From the NCBI GenBank assembly GCA_965216465.1, contig CBDCFW010000006.1, positions 1,235,334-1,299,333 on the forward strand: DNA of 64,000 bases, in the 5' to 3' direction. This stretch comes from Bacteroidia bacterium (GTDB lineage Bacteria; Bacteroidota; Bacteroidia; NS11-12g; UBA9320). The notes under the pieces were generated by a model that did no database searches, was not told the DNA's origin, and saw nothing but the letters and a program-made list of their open reading frames with translations. Positions 9,562 through 19,723 of the stretch are shown piece after piece; the first letter of the stretch is position 1; each line of letters starts with the position of its first letter. Both the position numbers and the translations under genes were made by a program.

Positions 9562-11823
9562 ATGAGAAAAATGATGACTATGCTCATGATTATGGGCGTA
9601 GCATGGAGTGCATCGTCACAAGTAAATGTTAGTGGCGTTGTGCTTGAAAAAGAGTTAGGAATTCCGATAGCTTATGCTGTTGTGAAACTAGGAGATCGTA
9701 CGGCACTTACCAACGATAATGGCCGCTTTATGTTCAAAAATTGCGAAGTAGGTGATCTGTACTTTAAGCTCTCCTATTTAAGTTCAATAGCCTCTTTTAA
9801 ACACCATGTTTTTAGTGATACCAGCTTGATGTTCTATTTTCATGTAGACCACAATGAAATCACCCAAATTGTGGTGCGAGGCCATGAGCACGATAGCAAT
9901 GAGTTTGCAGGCATTAAGTACGAGATAAGCCGAGATAAGATAGAAATGCGCGCAGCTACCTTGCTTAGTGATGCCTTGTATGATGTTAATGGAATACGCT
10001 TCCTAAAAACAGGAAACTCAATTGCCAAACCTATTATAAATGGTATGCACAGCAATCGCGTAGCTATAGTAAATTCAGACAGCAGACAAGAAGGTCAACA
10101 ATGGGGGAGTGAACACGCCCCTGAAGTTGATCCATTCAGTGCGGGCTCTGTTGAAGTGATAAAAGGAGCATCAACGTTATTGTACGGCAGCGATGCAACC
10201 GGCGGTATTATAAAACTAACACCATTGCCTTTTGCTGATTCAACCTATCGTCAGTTTCAATTGCATACTCGATTTGCATCTAACCCTTTAGGAGGTTTGT
10301 TTGGTGGACAATGGGAGAAATTTAACAGGCAAAAGCATTTGGGGCAACGTTTGTCAATCAATGTTCAGAAGAATAGTGATGCCTCCGCTCCAAATTATGT
10401 TTTAAGCAATACCGGTTTTGACCAGCTAAGTGGAAGTTATTACATAACCAAACATATGGCTTCACATCAATTCTCATTAAATCTTACTTCGTTTCAACAA
10501 CAGCTGGGTATTTTGGCCGGAGCCCATATTGGAAATCTCACTGATTTGAAAAGGGCTTTAGCAAGTGACACACCTACCATAGTAAATCCACGAACTTTTG
10601 AAATAGGCTTGCCATTTCAAAAGATTAATCACCACGCGGCAAAGCTGATGTGGGAATCGGTAGAAACAGCTATGGGAGATGTAACGATGAGTTTAACTCA
10701 TCAAGTCAATCATCGTGAAGAGTTTGATCGACATGGAACGGAAGATAAAGCCGCTCTTGACCTATTGCTGAATACAACTCAAGTTAATGCTTTAGTTGAT
10801 AAGCATTTTGAAGAATGGAGAATTGAATACGGAGCAATGGGAGAACGCCAAACCAATATTTACAAAGGGCGTTACTTTATTCCGAATTACCTACGTCATA
10901 AATACGGGGTGTTTTCTGTGGCAACATTGAAGAAGCATCGTTATTTGTTGGAAGCGGGATTGCGGTTCGACGATCATTGGAACAGTACGTATAGAAACAA
11001 CCGAAATGAGGTAGTGAATGATAAATTTCGTTTTTATGGCATTTCATCAGGATTAAGTGCATGGTATAGGGTTAACACTACATCTCGTATTCAAATGTCA
11101 ATCTCTTCTAAGTTTCGAGCTCCTGACATTAATGAGTTGTTTAGTGATGGACTTCATCACGGTACGGCCAATATCGAAATAGGAGACCTGAGTCTTACAA
11201 CAGAGCGTAGTAATTCGTTGATCGCTGCGTATGAATTTAAGCACGAACGAATAGCAATCAATGTTGAACCTTACGTTCATTACTTCAAGAATTATATCAA
11301 TCTAGAACCAACTGGAGAAACGCAGTTAACCATTCGTGGAGCATTTCCTGTGTTTCGATACATTCAAACCGATGTTATGTACAGTGGTGCAGATGCACAA
11401 ATTCAGTTTGTGGCCAACGATCATTGGAGCATACGCACTGGAGGTAATTTGGTGTACGTACGAGACTTAGATGAGGATCGATTCATTTATGGAATTCCTG
11501 CACCGCAATTGAACGGAGGTGTAACCTACCGATTTTTTGATTTTGCATCTTTTGAGCACGGGAGCTTTAAGCTCAGACCCGAATACGTTTTTCAACAGAA
11601 CTGGGTAGACGCAACCAATGATTTTGCCCCTATACCACAAGCTTATTTCTTGCTAAATGCGGAGATGACCTTGCAATTTAAGTCGAGCCCATTGCGTGTG
11701 CTTTTGGGTGTAGACAATCTATTAAACAATTCCTACAGAGACTATTTAAACCGATACCGATACTTCGCCGATGAGCGAGGAATTCAGTTTAACATTACAA
11801 TTAATTACAAAATAAGAAAATGA
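9562..11823 (+). CDS. TonB-dependent receptor, probably for a transition metal
   Basis: Carboxypeptidase-regulatory-like N-domain, plug QEGQQWGSEHAPEVD, VEVIKG, DNLLN..YRDYL. Confidence 0.92.
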   Translation: MRKMMTMLMIMGVAWSASSQVNVSGVVLEKELGIPIAYAVVKLGDRTALTNDNGRFMFKNCEVGDLYFKLSYLSSIASFKHHVFSDTSLMFYFHVDHNEITQIVVRGHEHDSNEFAGIKYEISRDKIEMRAATLLSDALYDVNGIRFLKTGNSIAKPIINGMHSNRVAIVNSDSRQEGQQWGSEHAPEVDPFSAGSVEVIKGASTLLYGSDATGGIIKLTPLPFADSTYRQFQLHTRFASNPLGGLFGGQWEKFNRQKHLGQRLSINVQKNSDASAPNYVLSNTGFDQLSGSYYITKHMASHQFSLNLTSFQQQLGILAGAHIGNLTDLKRALASDTPTIVNPRTFEIGLPFQKINHHAAKLMWESVETAMGDVTMSLTHQVNHREEFDRHGTEDKAALDLLLNTTQVNALVDKHFEEWRIEYGAMGERQTNIYKGRYFIPNYLRHKYGVFSVATLKKHRYLLEAGLRFDDHWNSTYRNNRNEVVNDKFRFYGISSGLSAWYRVNTTSRIQMSISSKFRAPDINELFSDGLHHGTANIEIGDLSLTTERSNSLIAAYEFKHERIAINVEPYVHYFKNYINLEPTGETQLTIRGAFPVFRYIQTDVMYSGADAQIQFVANDHWSIRTGGNLVYVRDLDEDRFIYGIPAPQLNGGVTYRFFDFASFEHGSFKLRPEYVFQQNWVDATNDFAPIPQAYFLLNAEMTLQFKSSPLRVLLGVDNLLNNSYRDYLNRYRYFADERGIQFNITINYKIRK

Positions 11824-12371
11824 ACAAATCACAATTTATAAAGGCTTTAGGCCTAGTAGCAGTTTTAAGTTTAACCTTTACCGCTTGTAAAGAAGAAGTT
11901 GAAGATCCGCATGATCACAATGAAGAAGAATTAATAACTTCGGTTGAGCTGAGCTTTACAGAAGACAGCACAACTAACACCGTTGAATTTAAGTTTGCTG
12001 ACCCAGATGGAGATGGAGGAAATGCTCCTACTCAACACGATACGATTCAATTGAAGGCGAACACAACGTATAACCTTTCACTGAAGTTTTTAAATGAATC
12101 TGACCATGTTCATGACATTACAGGAGAAGTTGAAGAGGAAGCAGATGAGCATTTAGTGTGTTTTGATGTTACTGGATCTACAACTGTTACCATAAATGAC
12201 ATGGATGGAAACAACCTTCCTTTAGGACTTGAGTCAACCGTTACAACTGGAGACTCGGAATCAGGAAGTTTTACTGTATCGCTTAAGCACCAGCCTGATG
12301 TTAAAAACGGAAGCTGTGACGTTGGTGAAACAGACGTTGAAGTTGCCTTCGTATTGCAGGTGGTTGACTAA
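11820..12371 (+). CDS. His/acid-rich surface lipoprotein partner of the TonB receptor
   Basis: Lipobox FTAC, HDHNEEELIT, DPDGDGG, LKHQP, GETDVE. Confidence 0.8.
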   Translation: MNKSQFIKALGLVAVLSLTFTACKEEVEDPHDHNEEELITSVELSFTEDSTTNTVEFKFADPDGDGGNAPTQHDTIQLKANTTYNLSLKFLNESDHVHDITGEVEEEADEHLVCFDVTGSTTVTINDMDGNNLPLGLESTVTTGDSESGSFTVSLKHQPDVKNGSCDVGETDVEVAFVLQVVD

Positions 12372-12453
12372 CAAAACATTAACTTTTTAGAATTGCTGTT
12401 ATTGAGGTTCGATTTTAGGTAATTGTGGTATATTAGCAGTCAACCTAATTACC

Positions 12454-14139
12454 ATGTCGAACCCCAATAACGCCGATTCGCTTAGGAAAGAATTAGAGGA
12501 ACTTGCTCGATTTCCTGAAATGAATCCGGGGCCGGTTCTTCGCCTCGATAGACAAGCCAATGTTATTTTGGCTAATTCTGCTGCCCGCAAAATTTTTAAT
12601 CACGAATCACTCATTGGAAAAAGTTGGTTAGACCTTTGTCCAGGACTAAACCAAGAAGAGTGGAATGATATCAGTACATGCTCCAACGATGGGGGATTTG
12701 AAGCTGATGTAGCTGGTCAGTGCTATTTATTTACCCACGTTTGTCCAGAAGAAAGCGAAAACTATTTTGTGTTCGGTTCAAATGTTTCGAAGATTAAGCT
12801 TATTGAACGACAACTTGTAGAACAACAAAAGTCATTGGCCAATATGGCAAGGTTTCCAGACATGAATCCTGGGCCTGTGCTTAGAATAAAAGAAGACGGT
12901 GAAATTATACTTTCAAACAAAGCGGCTAAGGGAGTATTTGGAGAAGACTTAAAGGGTCAAAATTGGTTAGACATTTGCAAAGGAATGACCCCCTCATTAT
13001 GGAAAAAAGTAAATGAGGTTGATGAAATCACCTACCTTGAAGTAAAGATTGCTGGGCATATTTACATGTTTACCCACACCAAAGATTTTCAAAGTCAGTT
13101 TGTATTTGTTTTTGGTGCTGATGTCACCGAACAAAAAAAGACGGAGAAGTCGCTTCAGCAATCCAAGAAAATGGCCACGTTAGGTACATTAGCTGCAGGG
13201 GTCGCTCATGAGCTCAATAATCCAGCAGCAGCAACCAAGCGAGCTTCGTCATACCTAAAAGAGAAATTATCTGAGCTTGAGAAGGCTCACATTGCATTAA
13301 ATCAGCGTGATTTGTCGGAAGCAGACCTTACCTTAATCAACCAATTTGAGAAAAGAGCCATTGAAAAAAGTTCAAGTGTTAATGAACTAGACGCGATGAG
13401 CAGATCAGACCTCGAAGCCGATATTGAAGATTGGTTGGATGATGAAGGATTTGATAACGATTTAGATATGGCTCCACAGCTTGTAGATCTTGGGTTTGCT
13501 ATCGATGAGTTGGATGAGCTAAAAGGCAATCACAGCGAAGAAAATCTAGAAGCTATATTGAACTGGGTTTGCCTAATTTTTCCAGTTTATTCTTTGCTCA
13601 CCGAAATCAGTGAAGGAACTGGGCGTATTTCAGAAATTGTTGTGGCTTTGAAGAATTATTCATTCTTGGGTCAAGCTCAGGTTTTAGATATTGATTTACA
13701 TGCTGGGTTAGACAATACTTTGGTCATCCTCAGAAATAAAATGAAGGTAGGCGTTAAAGTTGAACGTGATTATGATGAGTCTGTTCCGCACATCATGGCT
13801 TATGGAAGTGAGTTAAACCAAGTTTGGACTAATTTAATTGATAATGCAGTTGATGCCATGGGCGGTGAGGGTACCATTAAACTGCGAACAAAGAATTTAA
13901 ACAATCGCGTGCAGGTTGAAATAGAAGACAGTGGGTCCGGAATTTCGCAAGAACATGTCGATCAGATATTTGATCCGTTTTTTACAACGAAAACCATTGG
14001 AAAAGGTACTGGTTTAGGACTTTCAACCAGTTACGGAATTATAGTAGAAAAACATAAGGGAGAGATGACTGTGACATCTCAGCCGGGTAAAACCATATTC
14101 AAAATAACATTACCGGTTAATTTAGATAATCATGAGTAA
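12454..14139 (+). CDS. Cytoplasmic PAS-PAS sensor histidine kinase
   Basis: Two ARFPxMNPGPVLR PAS repeats; AHELNNP H-box; N, G1, F and G2 boxes. Confidence 0.93.
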   Translation: MSNPNNADSLRKELEELARFPEMNPGPVLRLDRQANVILANSAARKIFNHESLIGKSWLDLCPGLNQEEWNDISTCSNDGGFEADVAGQCYLFTHVCPEESENYFVFGSNVSKIKLIERQLVEQQKSLANMARFPDMNPGPVLRIKEDGEIILSNKAAKGVFGEDLKGQNWLDICKGMTPSLWKKVNEVDEITYLEVKIAGHIYMFTHTKDFQSQFVFVFGADVTEQKKTEKSLQQSKKMATLGTLAAGVAHELNNPAAATKRASSYLKEKLSELEKAHIALNQRDLSEADLTLINQFEKRAIEKSSSVNELDAMSRSDLEADIEDWLDDEGFDNDLDMAPQLVDLGFAIDELDELKGNHSEENLEAILNWVCLIFPVYSLLTEISEGTGRISEIVVALKNYSFLGQAQVLDIDLHAGLDNTLVILRNKMKVGVKVERDYDESVPHIMAYGSELNQVWTNLIDNAVDAMGGEGTIKLRTKNLNNRVQVEIEDSGSGISQEHVDQIFDPFFTTKTIGKGTGLGLSTSYGIIVEKHKGEMTVTSQPGKTIFKITLPVNLDNHE

Positions 14140-15796
14140 ACCAATTATACTGTGTGTTGACGACGATCCAGAAGTGCTGGCATCTGTCGAGAGAGATTTA
14201 AGATCGAGGTATCGAAAAGAATTTAGAATAATAAAAGCATTGGGGTCTCAAAATGGACTAGAAACCGCAGAGACCATTAAGAAAAGAGGTACACCAATAG
14301 CTCTGTTTTTGGTAGACCAGCGTATGCCGGGTATGACGGGAACAGAATTCTTGAGTAAGATGACCACGCTCCACCCCGAAAGTGCTAAAGTGTTATTAAC
14401 GGCGTATTCTGATACAGAGGCAGCAATAGTGAGCATTAATGAAATTGCCTTAGATCATTATTTACTCAAGCCCTGGGATCCACCAGAAGAAAAATTATAT
14501 CCGGTATTAGATGATCTTTTGAGTTTATGGAGAAGCAAGGCTACTGAAACATTTGACGGTATTCGAATTGCTGGAGCAAGATGGTCATCAAACTGTTATG
14601 AATTGAAAGAATTTATGTCGCGGAATCAAGTTCCATACAAATGGATTGATGTCGATAAAGATGAGTCCATGCGCGAAATGGTAAAATCGATAACTGGTGA
14701 ACCGAATAAGCTTCCTGTGGTCTTCTTTGAGGATGGCAGTGTGTTAATTCAGCCAACAGTTCAAGAAGTTGCTAAAAAAGTTGGGCTGAAAACTTCAGCG
14801 GCCAATCCGTTTTACGACGTCGTGGTAATTGGAAGTGGTCCAGCTGGATTAGCCAACGCAGTATATGCAGCATCGGAGGGATTAAAAACATTAATTGTAG
14901 AGCGACAAGCTCCAGGAGGGCAAGCAGGAACAAGTTCGCGTATAGAAAATTATTTAGGTTTTCCGGCTGGCTTATCAGGTGCAGATTTAGCACAACGTGC
15001 AGTGGCCCAAGCTAAAAAGTTTGGAGCTGAATTGTTAACGGCACAAGAAGTAGTAGAGGTTAAAGAAAATGGACCGTACAAAGTTGTTCGGTTTAAAGAT
15101 GGCAAAGAAGTTTCTGCATATGCAGTTGTTCTTGCTACGGGTATGAAGGTTCGAAAACTTGAGATGAAGGGTATTGATAAGCTGCAAGGAATAGGCGTGT
15201 TTTACGGAGCAGCAATGACAGAGGCCTCGACGTATAAAGGTGAAGAGGTTTGTATAATTGGAGGAGCCAACTCTGCCGGACAAGGGGCACTGTTCTTTAG
15301 CCGCTATGCGAAGAAGGTAAATATTATGATTCGAAGAGATTCATTTGTAGAAACCATGTCAAGTTATTTGAGTGAAAGAATTGAAACTACACCGAACATA
15401 GAAATCATTCCAAATGCGGAAGTTCAAGAAGTTGTTGGCAACGACGGTTTGGAGCTTGTGAGATACAAAAACAATAAGACTGGCGACATGCATGAACTGA
15501 ACGCAAGAGCGATGTTTATCTTTATTGGTTCGGCTCCGCAGTCAGATTTTGTAAGTGACTTCGTTAGTACTGATGAGAAAGGATTTATTTTAACCGGTTC
15601 TGACCTGCCTAGACTTAAAAATAATCGTCCGGCCAATTGGAATTTGAAACGTGATCCATTCTTATTTGAGACCAGTGTACCTGGGGTGTTTAGTGTTGGG
15701 GATATCCGCCACGGCTCGAATCATCGAGTTGCTGCCGCGGTTGGAGAAGGCTCAGCATGTATTCATTTGGTACACAAGTATATTGAGACAGTATAA
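14132..15796 (+). CDS. Receiver domain + glutaredoxin-like domain + thioredoxin-reductase-like FAD oxidoreductase fusion
   Basis: CVDDD, DQRMP, KPW; GSGPAG, GGQAGTSSRIENYLGFP, GGANSAGQ, GD. Confidence 0.92.
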   Translation: MSKPIILCVDDDPEVLASVERDLRSRYRKEFRIIKALGSQNGLETAETIKKRGTPIALFLVDQRMPGMTGTEFLSKMTTLHPESAKVLLTAYSDTEAAIVSINEIALDHYLLKPWDPPEEKLYPVLDDLLSLWRSKATETFDGIRIAGARWSSNCYELKEFMSRNQVPYKWIDVDKDESMREMVKSITGEPNKLPVVFFEDGSVLIQPTVQEVAKKVGLKTSAANPFYDVVVIGSGPAGLANAVYAASEGLKTLIVERQAPGGQAGTSSRIENYLGFPAGLSGADLAQRAVAQAKKFGAELLTAQEVVEVKENGPYKVVRFKDGKEVSAYAVVLATGMKVRKLEMKGIDKLQGIGVFYGAAMTEASTYKGEEVCIIGGANSAGQGALFFSRYAKKVNIMIRRDSFVETMSSYLSERIETTPNIEIIPNAEVQEVVGNDGLELVRYKNNKTGDMHELNARAMFIFIGSAPQSDFVSDFVSTDEKGFILTGSDLPRLKNNRPANWNLKRDPFLFETSVPGVFSVGDIRHGSNHRVAAAVGEGSACIHLVHKYIETV

Positions 15797-15808
15797 AGAA
15801 AAGATAAA

Positions 15809-16033
15809 TTGAAACTAAAGTACTTTATAAAATCAGGCTGGATGCTTTCGGCCTTAAAGGTGGCGTTAATTGTTGGGACCATTTTATTTGCTATTAATCA
15901 TGGTGAGGCGGTTTTTAATGGTCATATGAACCCAGGAAGATGGGCTTCGGTGGTGTTAAGCTACATTGTGCCTTATTGTGTTTACATAGTCGGAAAGGCG
16001 TCTAATATGAAGGCGAATGGCGAAAAGCCTTAG
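15809..16033 (+). CDS. nrtS: NrtS-family small membrane protein
   Basis: ALKVALIVGTILFAINHG...SYIVPYCV. Confidence 0.75.
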   Translation: MKLKYFIKSGWMLSALKVALIVGTILFAINHGEAVFNGHMNPGRWASVVLSYIVPYCVYIVGKASNMKANGEKP

Positions 16034-17148
16034 TCTATTTGATACAAGGCCAAACGTCGAGCATTCTTAGAGCCATCCCGGTTATAATAGCTTAAAATTA
16101 TTCTTTCAGGGAGGATGTGAATGTAGAAAATATCTCTGTTCTCCTTTGCAGGTAAATCATCATTTATAGTATTGTCGCCAACAAAATTCCCTTCAAACTC
16201 AAGCTTAATTGCGTAGTGACCCTTGTAAGGAAACATTTTGATATTACTAGTAAATACCTCAAAATTCAATTCAGAAAAAGTGCTGTCAACTGGAAGTTTT
16301 TCCATTTTTATACCCTCAGAAGGAAAATTGATATTAAAAGGGAATTCGTATAGTTTAACTCCATACTTTAGACCTTTATTAATGTATTTGTATTCATTGC
16401 GGTCGGGTGTTAACTTATACAAAAGTTCTTGCTGGCTTTTTGCAGTTTCGTGCTGAAAATACATTTGATAAACCAGCTCTTCCTCCGACAAGTCGTGGTG
16501 CTTTTTTATACTGTCGACCAATGCTTCGAATTTCATTGGCTTTGGATAGCTTGCTCCTAATAGACTGTTAATTGAATCGATGAGCATCTCATAAGAATCG
16601 GGCTCGTCATCGTCATAATCAGGTGCAACTAGTAATTGTTCACCTTCTTTTGGAGTATAGACGGGAATGTATCTTTGATTCCCTTGTTTTCCATCATTTA
16701 CGATATATTCTGTTGTATTGTAAAGCAATTTGCCGTTTGACCAGCCATTATCCATTTTAATTAATTTAAGCATTGACAAAGCCGACAGATCAATATCAGG
16801 ATCAAAAAGATAGCCTTTCGACTCGTGTAAAAAGATTTGTGGAGTAAAAGGTTCAACTCCTGAATCGACGGGGTAGTCTTTTGGAATAAATTGAATAGGA
16901 GAGTATGGAAGGCTTAACGTGTCGAGGTGGCGCATCGAAAGGTGAAATGCGAACATATGGCCACGACCATACTGCGGGTTTTTTACAAATTGTCTTTTTG
17001 AAAATGCATTGAACCATTGCTCAAAGCTGTCTAATTCTTGCGGAAGATTAATTTGAAGATCTAATGCATTATAAAACCGCTTTCGCTGAGCACTTGCATC
17101 AAACGTAAGACTTATAATAATTGAAAAAATTAAGAGTACACGCAGCAT
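16030..17148 (-). CDS. Hypothetical secreted protein
   Basis: 372-aa ORF with a signal peptide ending ASA/Q. Confidence 0.7.
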   Translation of the reverse strand: MLRVLLIFSIIISLTFDASAQRKRFYNALDLQINLPQELDSFEQWFNAFSKRQFVKNPQYGRGHMFAFHLSMRHLDTLSLPYSPIQFIPKDYPVDSGVEPFTPQIFLHESKGYLFDPDIDLSALSMLKLIKMDNGWSNGKLLYNTTEYIVNDGKQGNQRYIPVYTPKEGEQLLVAPDYDDDEPDSYEMLIDSINSLLGASYPKPMKFEALVDSIKKHHDLSEEELVYQMYFQHETAKSQQELLYKLTPDRNEYKYINKGLKYGVKLYEFPFNINFPSEGIKMEKLPVDSTFSELNFEVFTSNIKMFPYKGHYAIKLEFEGNFVGDNTINDDLPAKENRDIFYIHILPERIILSYYNRDGSKNARRLALYQID

Positions 17149-17215
17149 TGTATCGCAAGATAAACGATATAAAATGGAAAGTAAAATTGGTCAAGCGCTG
17201 TATACTTGCATTTCG

Positions 17216-17797
17216 ATGCAGTCAGAACTTTTAGCACAAGATATAATATTAGAAAATGAGCGAGCAATGCTTCTTCCATTCAACCATGAACGACAGGCAG
17301 AACTTAAAGAAATCATTTACGATCCAGAGATCTGGACTTATATGGGTATGGAGATGAAGTCAAAAGACGACTTCTCAAACTACATTAAAAGCACAATCCA
17401 AGCTTGGGAGGATGGAATATGTTATCCATTTATCATTGTCGATAAACGTTCTAATCGAGTTGCCGGGTCATCTCGTTATGGTTACATAAATGAGGCCAGT
17501 GAAAAATGCGAAATCGGTTGGACCTGGTATGGCAAAGATTTTCAAGGCACAGGACTGAATCATCAGTGCAAAAAACTCTTATTGTCTTATGGCTTTGAAG
17601 AAATTGGTTTCAGAAGGATTCAACTCAGTGCAGATGCTGAAAATCTACGATCACAACGAGCAATAGAGAAACTTGGAGCACAGAAAGAGGGATTCTTCCG
17701 CAATAACTACATCGATGCAAAAGGTGAGAGCAGAGACGATGTTTACTTCAGCATAATAAGAGAGGACTGGGAGGCTATTAAGCAAAGCCATTTTTGA
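17216..17797 (+). CDS. GNAT (RimJ/RimL-type) N-acetyltransferase
   Basis: EIGWTW, NLRSQRAIEKLGA..EG; start probably ATG 17216. Confidence 0.9.
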   Translation: MQSELLAQDIILENERAMLLPFNHERQAELKEIIYDPEIWTYMGMEMKSKDDFSNYIKSTIQAWEDGICYPFIIVDKRSNRVAGSSRYGYINEASEKCEIGWTWYGKDFQGTGLNHQCKKLLLSYGFEEIGFRRIQLSADAENLRSQRAIEKLGAQKEGFFRNNYIDAKGESRDDVYFSIIREDWEAIKQSHF

Positions 17798-17851
17798 GAT
17801 AAAATGTTTGACTTACAGAACATAGAAGCAGTTTAACTTGTTGAAAGAGTG

Positions 17852-18700
17852 ATGGAAGAGCGGGTGTTAAAATATAAAGACCATGTTGTTTTTGGGAAAA
17901 TTATAATTCCCTATTTTGAGCGTGCACCCAAAACCTATCAAGAAAATGAAGCCTGTTTCATCTTTGTAAATAAAGGGAGTTTTAGTGTTCGAGCGGCAGA
18001 AACACAATTAAGCTTGAACCCTTCTAATGCTATGCTCGCAAAGTGCGTAAACTACTTTATGGAAACCAACAAGGCTCAACGAACTGAAGAAGGGTTTGAA
18101 ATGATTGGCGTTTTACTTTACCCATCATTAATAAAAGAACTGTTTGCATTCGATGTTTCTCAAAGCGATTATGAGCTAGATTACAATTTAGTGCAAGTAG
18201 AGGTCGATCATTTGCTGGAGAATTTCAGACAGAGCATTAGCATATTAATCGACAATCCAGAGTTGGCCGATGAACAAATGATCAAGACCAAGATTAAAGA
18301 GTTTGTTCTCTTGCTGTCAAAATCTCAAAACGCACCTACCATGCTTGATTTCTTGGCCGGTTTGTTCAAGCCTCGTGAGGTAGCATTCAAAACAGTGATT
18401 AAGCAAAACTTGTATAGCAGCTTAAAACTGGACGAGCTCGCACGCCTGACCAACTTGAGCTTATCTTCATTCAAGCGCAAGTTTAACGAGGTGTACGGAC
18501 AGCCTCCAAAGCATTTTATTACTCAGAAAAAATTGGAAAAGGCATGTGCGTTATTGCAGAGTAAAGACTATAGAATATCGGATATAGCTTACGATGTTGG
18601 CTTTGAATCGGTGGTAACTTTTAATCGAAATTTTACTTCAACGTATAAAAAATCACCTTCTGAATACCGATTGAACTTTTTTGAGAAATCTTTGAGCTAA
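17852..18700 (+). CDS. AraC family transcriptional regulator
   Basis: LSLSSFKRKF; ISDIAYDVGFES. Confidence 0.93.
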   Translation: MEERVLKYKDHVVFGKIIIPYFERAPKTYQENEACFIFVNKGSFSVRAAETQLSLNPSNAMLAKCVNYFMETNKAQRTEEGFEMIGVLLYPSLIKELFAFDVSQSDYELDYNLVQVEVDHLLENFRQSISILIDNPELADEQMIKTKIKEFVLLLSKSQNAPTMLDFLAGLFKPREVAFKTVIKQNLYSSLKLDELARLTNLSLSSFKRKFNEVYGQPPKHFITQKKLEKACALLQSKDYRISDIAYDVGFESVVTFNRNFTSTYKKSPSEYRLNFFEKSLS

Positions 18701-18758
18701 ACTGTAAAATCTCAGGGCAAAATCCGCTCCAACTTTGTACCTAAATAAGTACAAAGTC

Positions 18759-19694
18759 ATGAATAAAACAGTTTTAATTACAGGAGCAAATTCAGGGTTG
18801 GGTAAAGACACAGCGAGACAATTTGCATTGAAACCAGAAGTAACCAAGGTATACCTTGCATGTAGAAATATTGATAAGGCTAGAATTGCAAAGCAAGAAT
18901 TAGTAAAAGCTACTGGCCGAGATATTTTTGAAATCATAATCATCGACGTATCCAATTTGGGATCGGTCAATGAGGCTCTACCAAAACTAAACACTCCAAT
19001 CGACTATATTTTGTTAAATGCTGGTGGTTTAGGAGGTAAAACACCGAATAAGATTACTCGGGATGGTGTTACTCAAATTTTCGCATCAAACGTTCTTGGA
19101 AATCTGTATTTACTCGAACGCTTACTCGAAAAAGGATTGATTAAAGAGTCAGCCGTATTTGCAGGTTCAGAAGCAGCCAGAGGTGTTCCAATGATGGGAA
19201 TTAAGAAGCCGATTCTCACCAATTCAAGCGTGCAAGAGTTTGAAGACATTGCCAACGGTTCATACTTTAAAACCGACGATGCCATGTTTGCCTACGGATA
19301 CATTAAGTATATGGGTGCGTTGGTAGTTGGGAAGTTAGCACGCTTATATCCAGAAGTTCGAATCTTGACCATGAGTCCGGGTGGAACAAATGGAACGAAT
19401 GCAATGAACGACCTCAAAGGAATGATGAAAGTGATGTTTAAGACTTTAGGTCCTACGTTGATGCCTCTTTTTGGAATGATGCATTCGCTGGATAAAGGAG
19501 CCAAGCGTTTTGTTGACGCACTTGAAGATCCGAAGTATCAAAGTGGTGTATTTTATGCGAGCAAAGGAAGTACTACCACGGGACCCGTTGTAGAACAAAC
19601 CCAGTATTACCCAGAGCTTGCAGATGCTAGAATACAAGATAATGCATACGCTGCACTTGCTGGCATGTTTGAGCCGGTAACGGTAGCGGCATAA
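18759..19694 (+). CDS. Short-chain dehydrogenase/reductase
   Basis: TGANSGLG, LNAG, YGYIK; start ATG 18759. Confidence 0.9.
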   Translation: MNKTVLITGANSGLGKDTARQFALKPEVTKVYLACRNIDKARIAKQELVKATGRDIFEIIIIDVSNLGSVNEALPKLNTPIDYILLNAGGLGGKTPNKITRDGVTQIFASNVLGNLYLLERLLEKGLIKESAVFAGSEAARGVPMMGIKKPILTNSSVQEFEDIANGSYFKTDDAMFAYGYIKYMGALVVGKLARLYPEVRILTMSPGGTNGTNAMNDLKGMMKVMFKTLGPTLMPLFGMMHSLDKGAKRFVDALEDPKYQSGVFYASKGSTTTGPVVEQTQYYPELADARIQDNAYAALAGMFEPVTVAA

Positions 19695-19723
19695 TTAAGG
19701 TAAAATTAGATGGGAGTGAGTAA

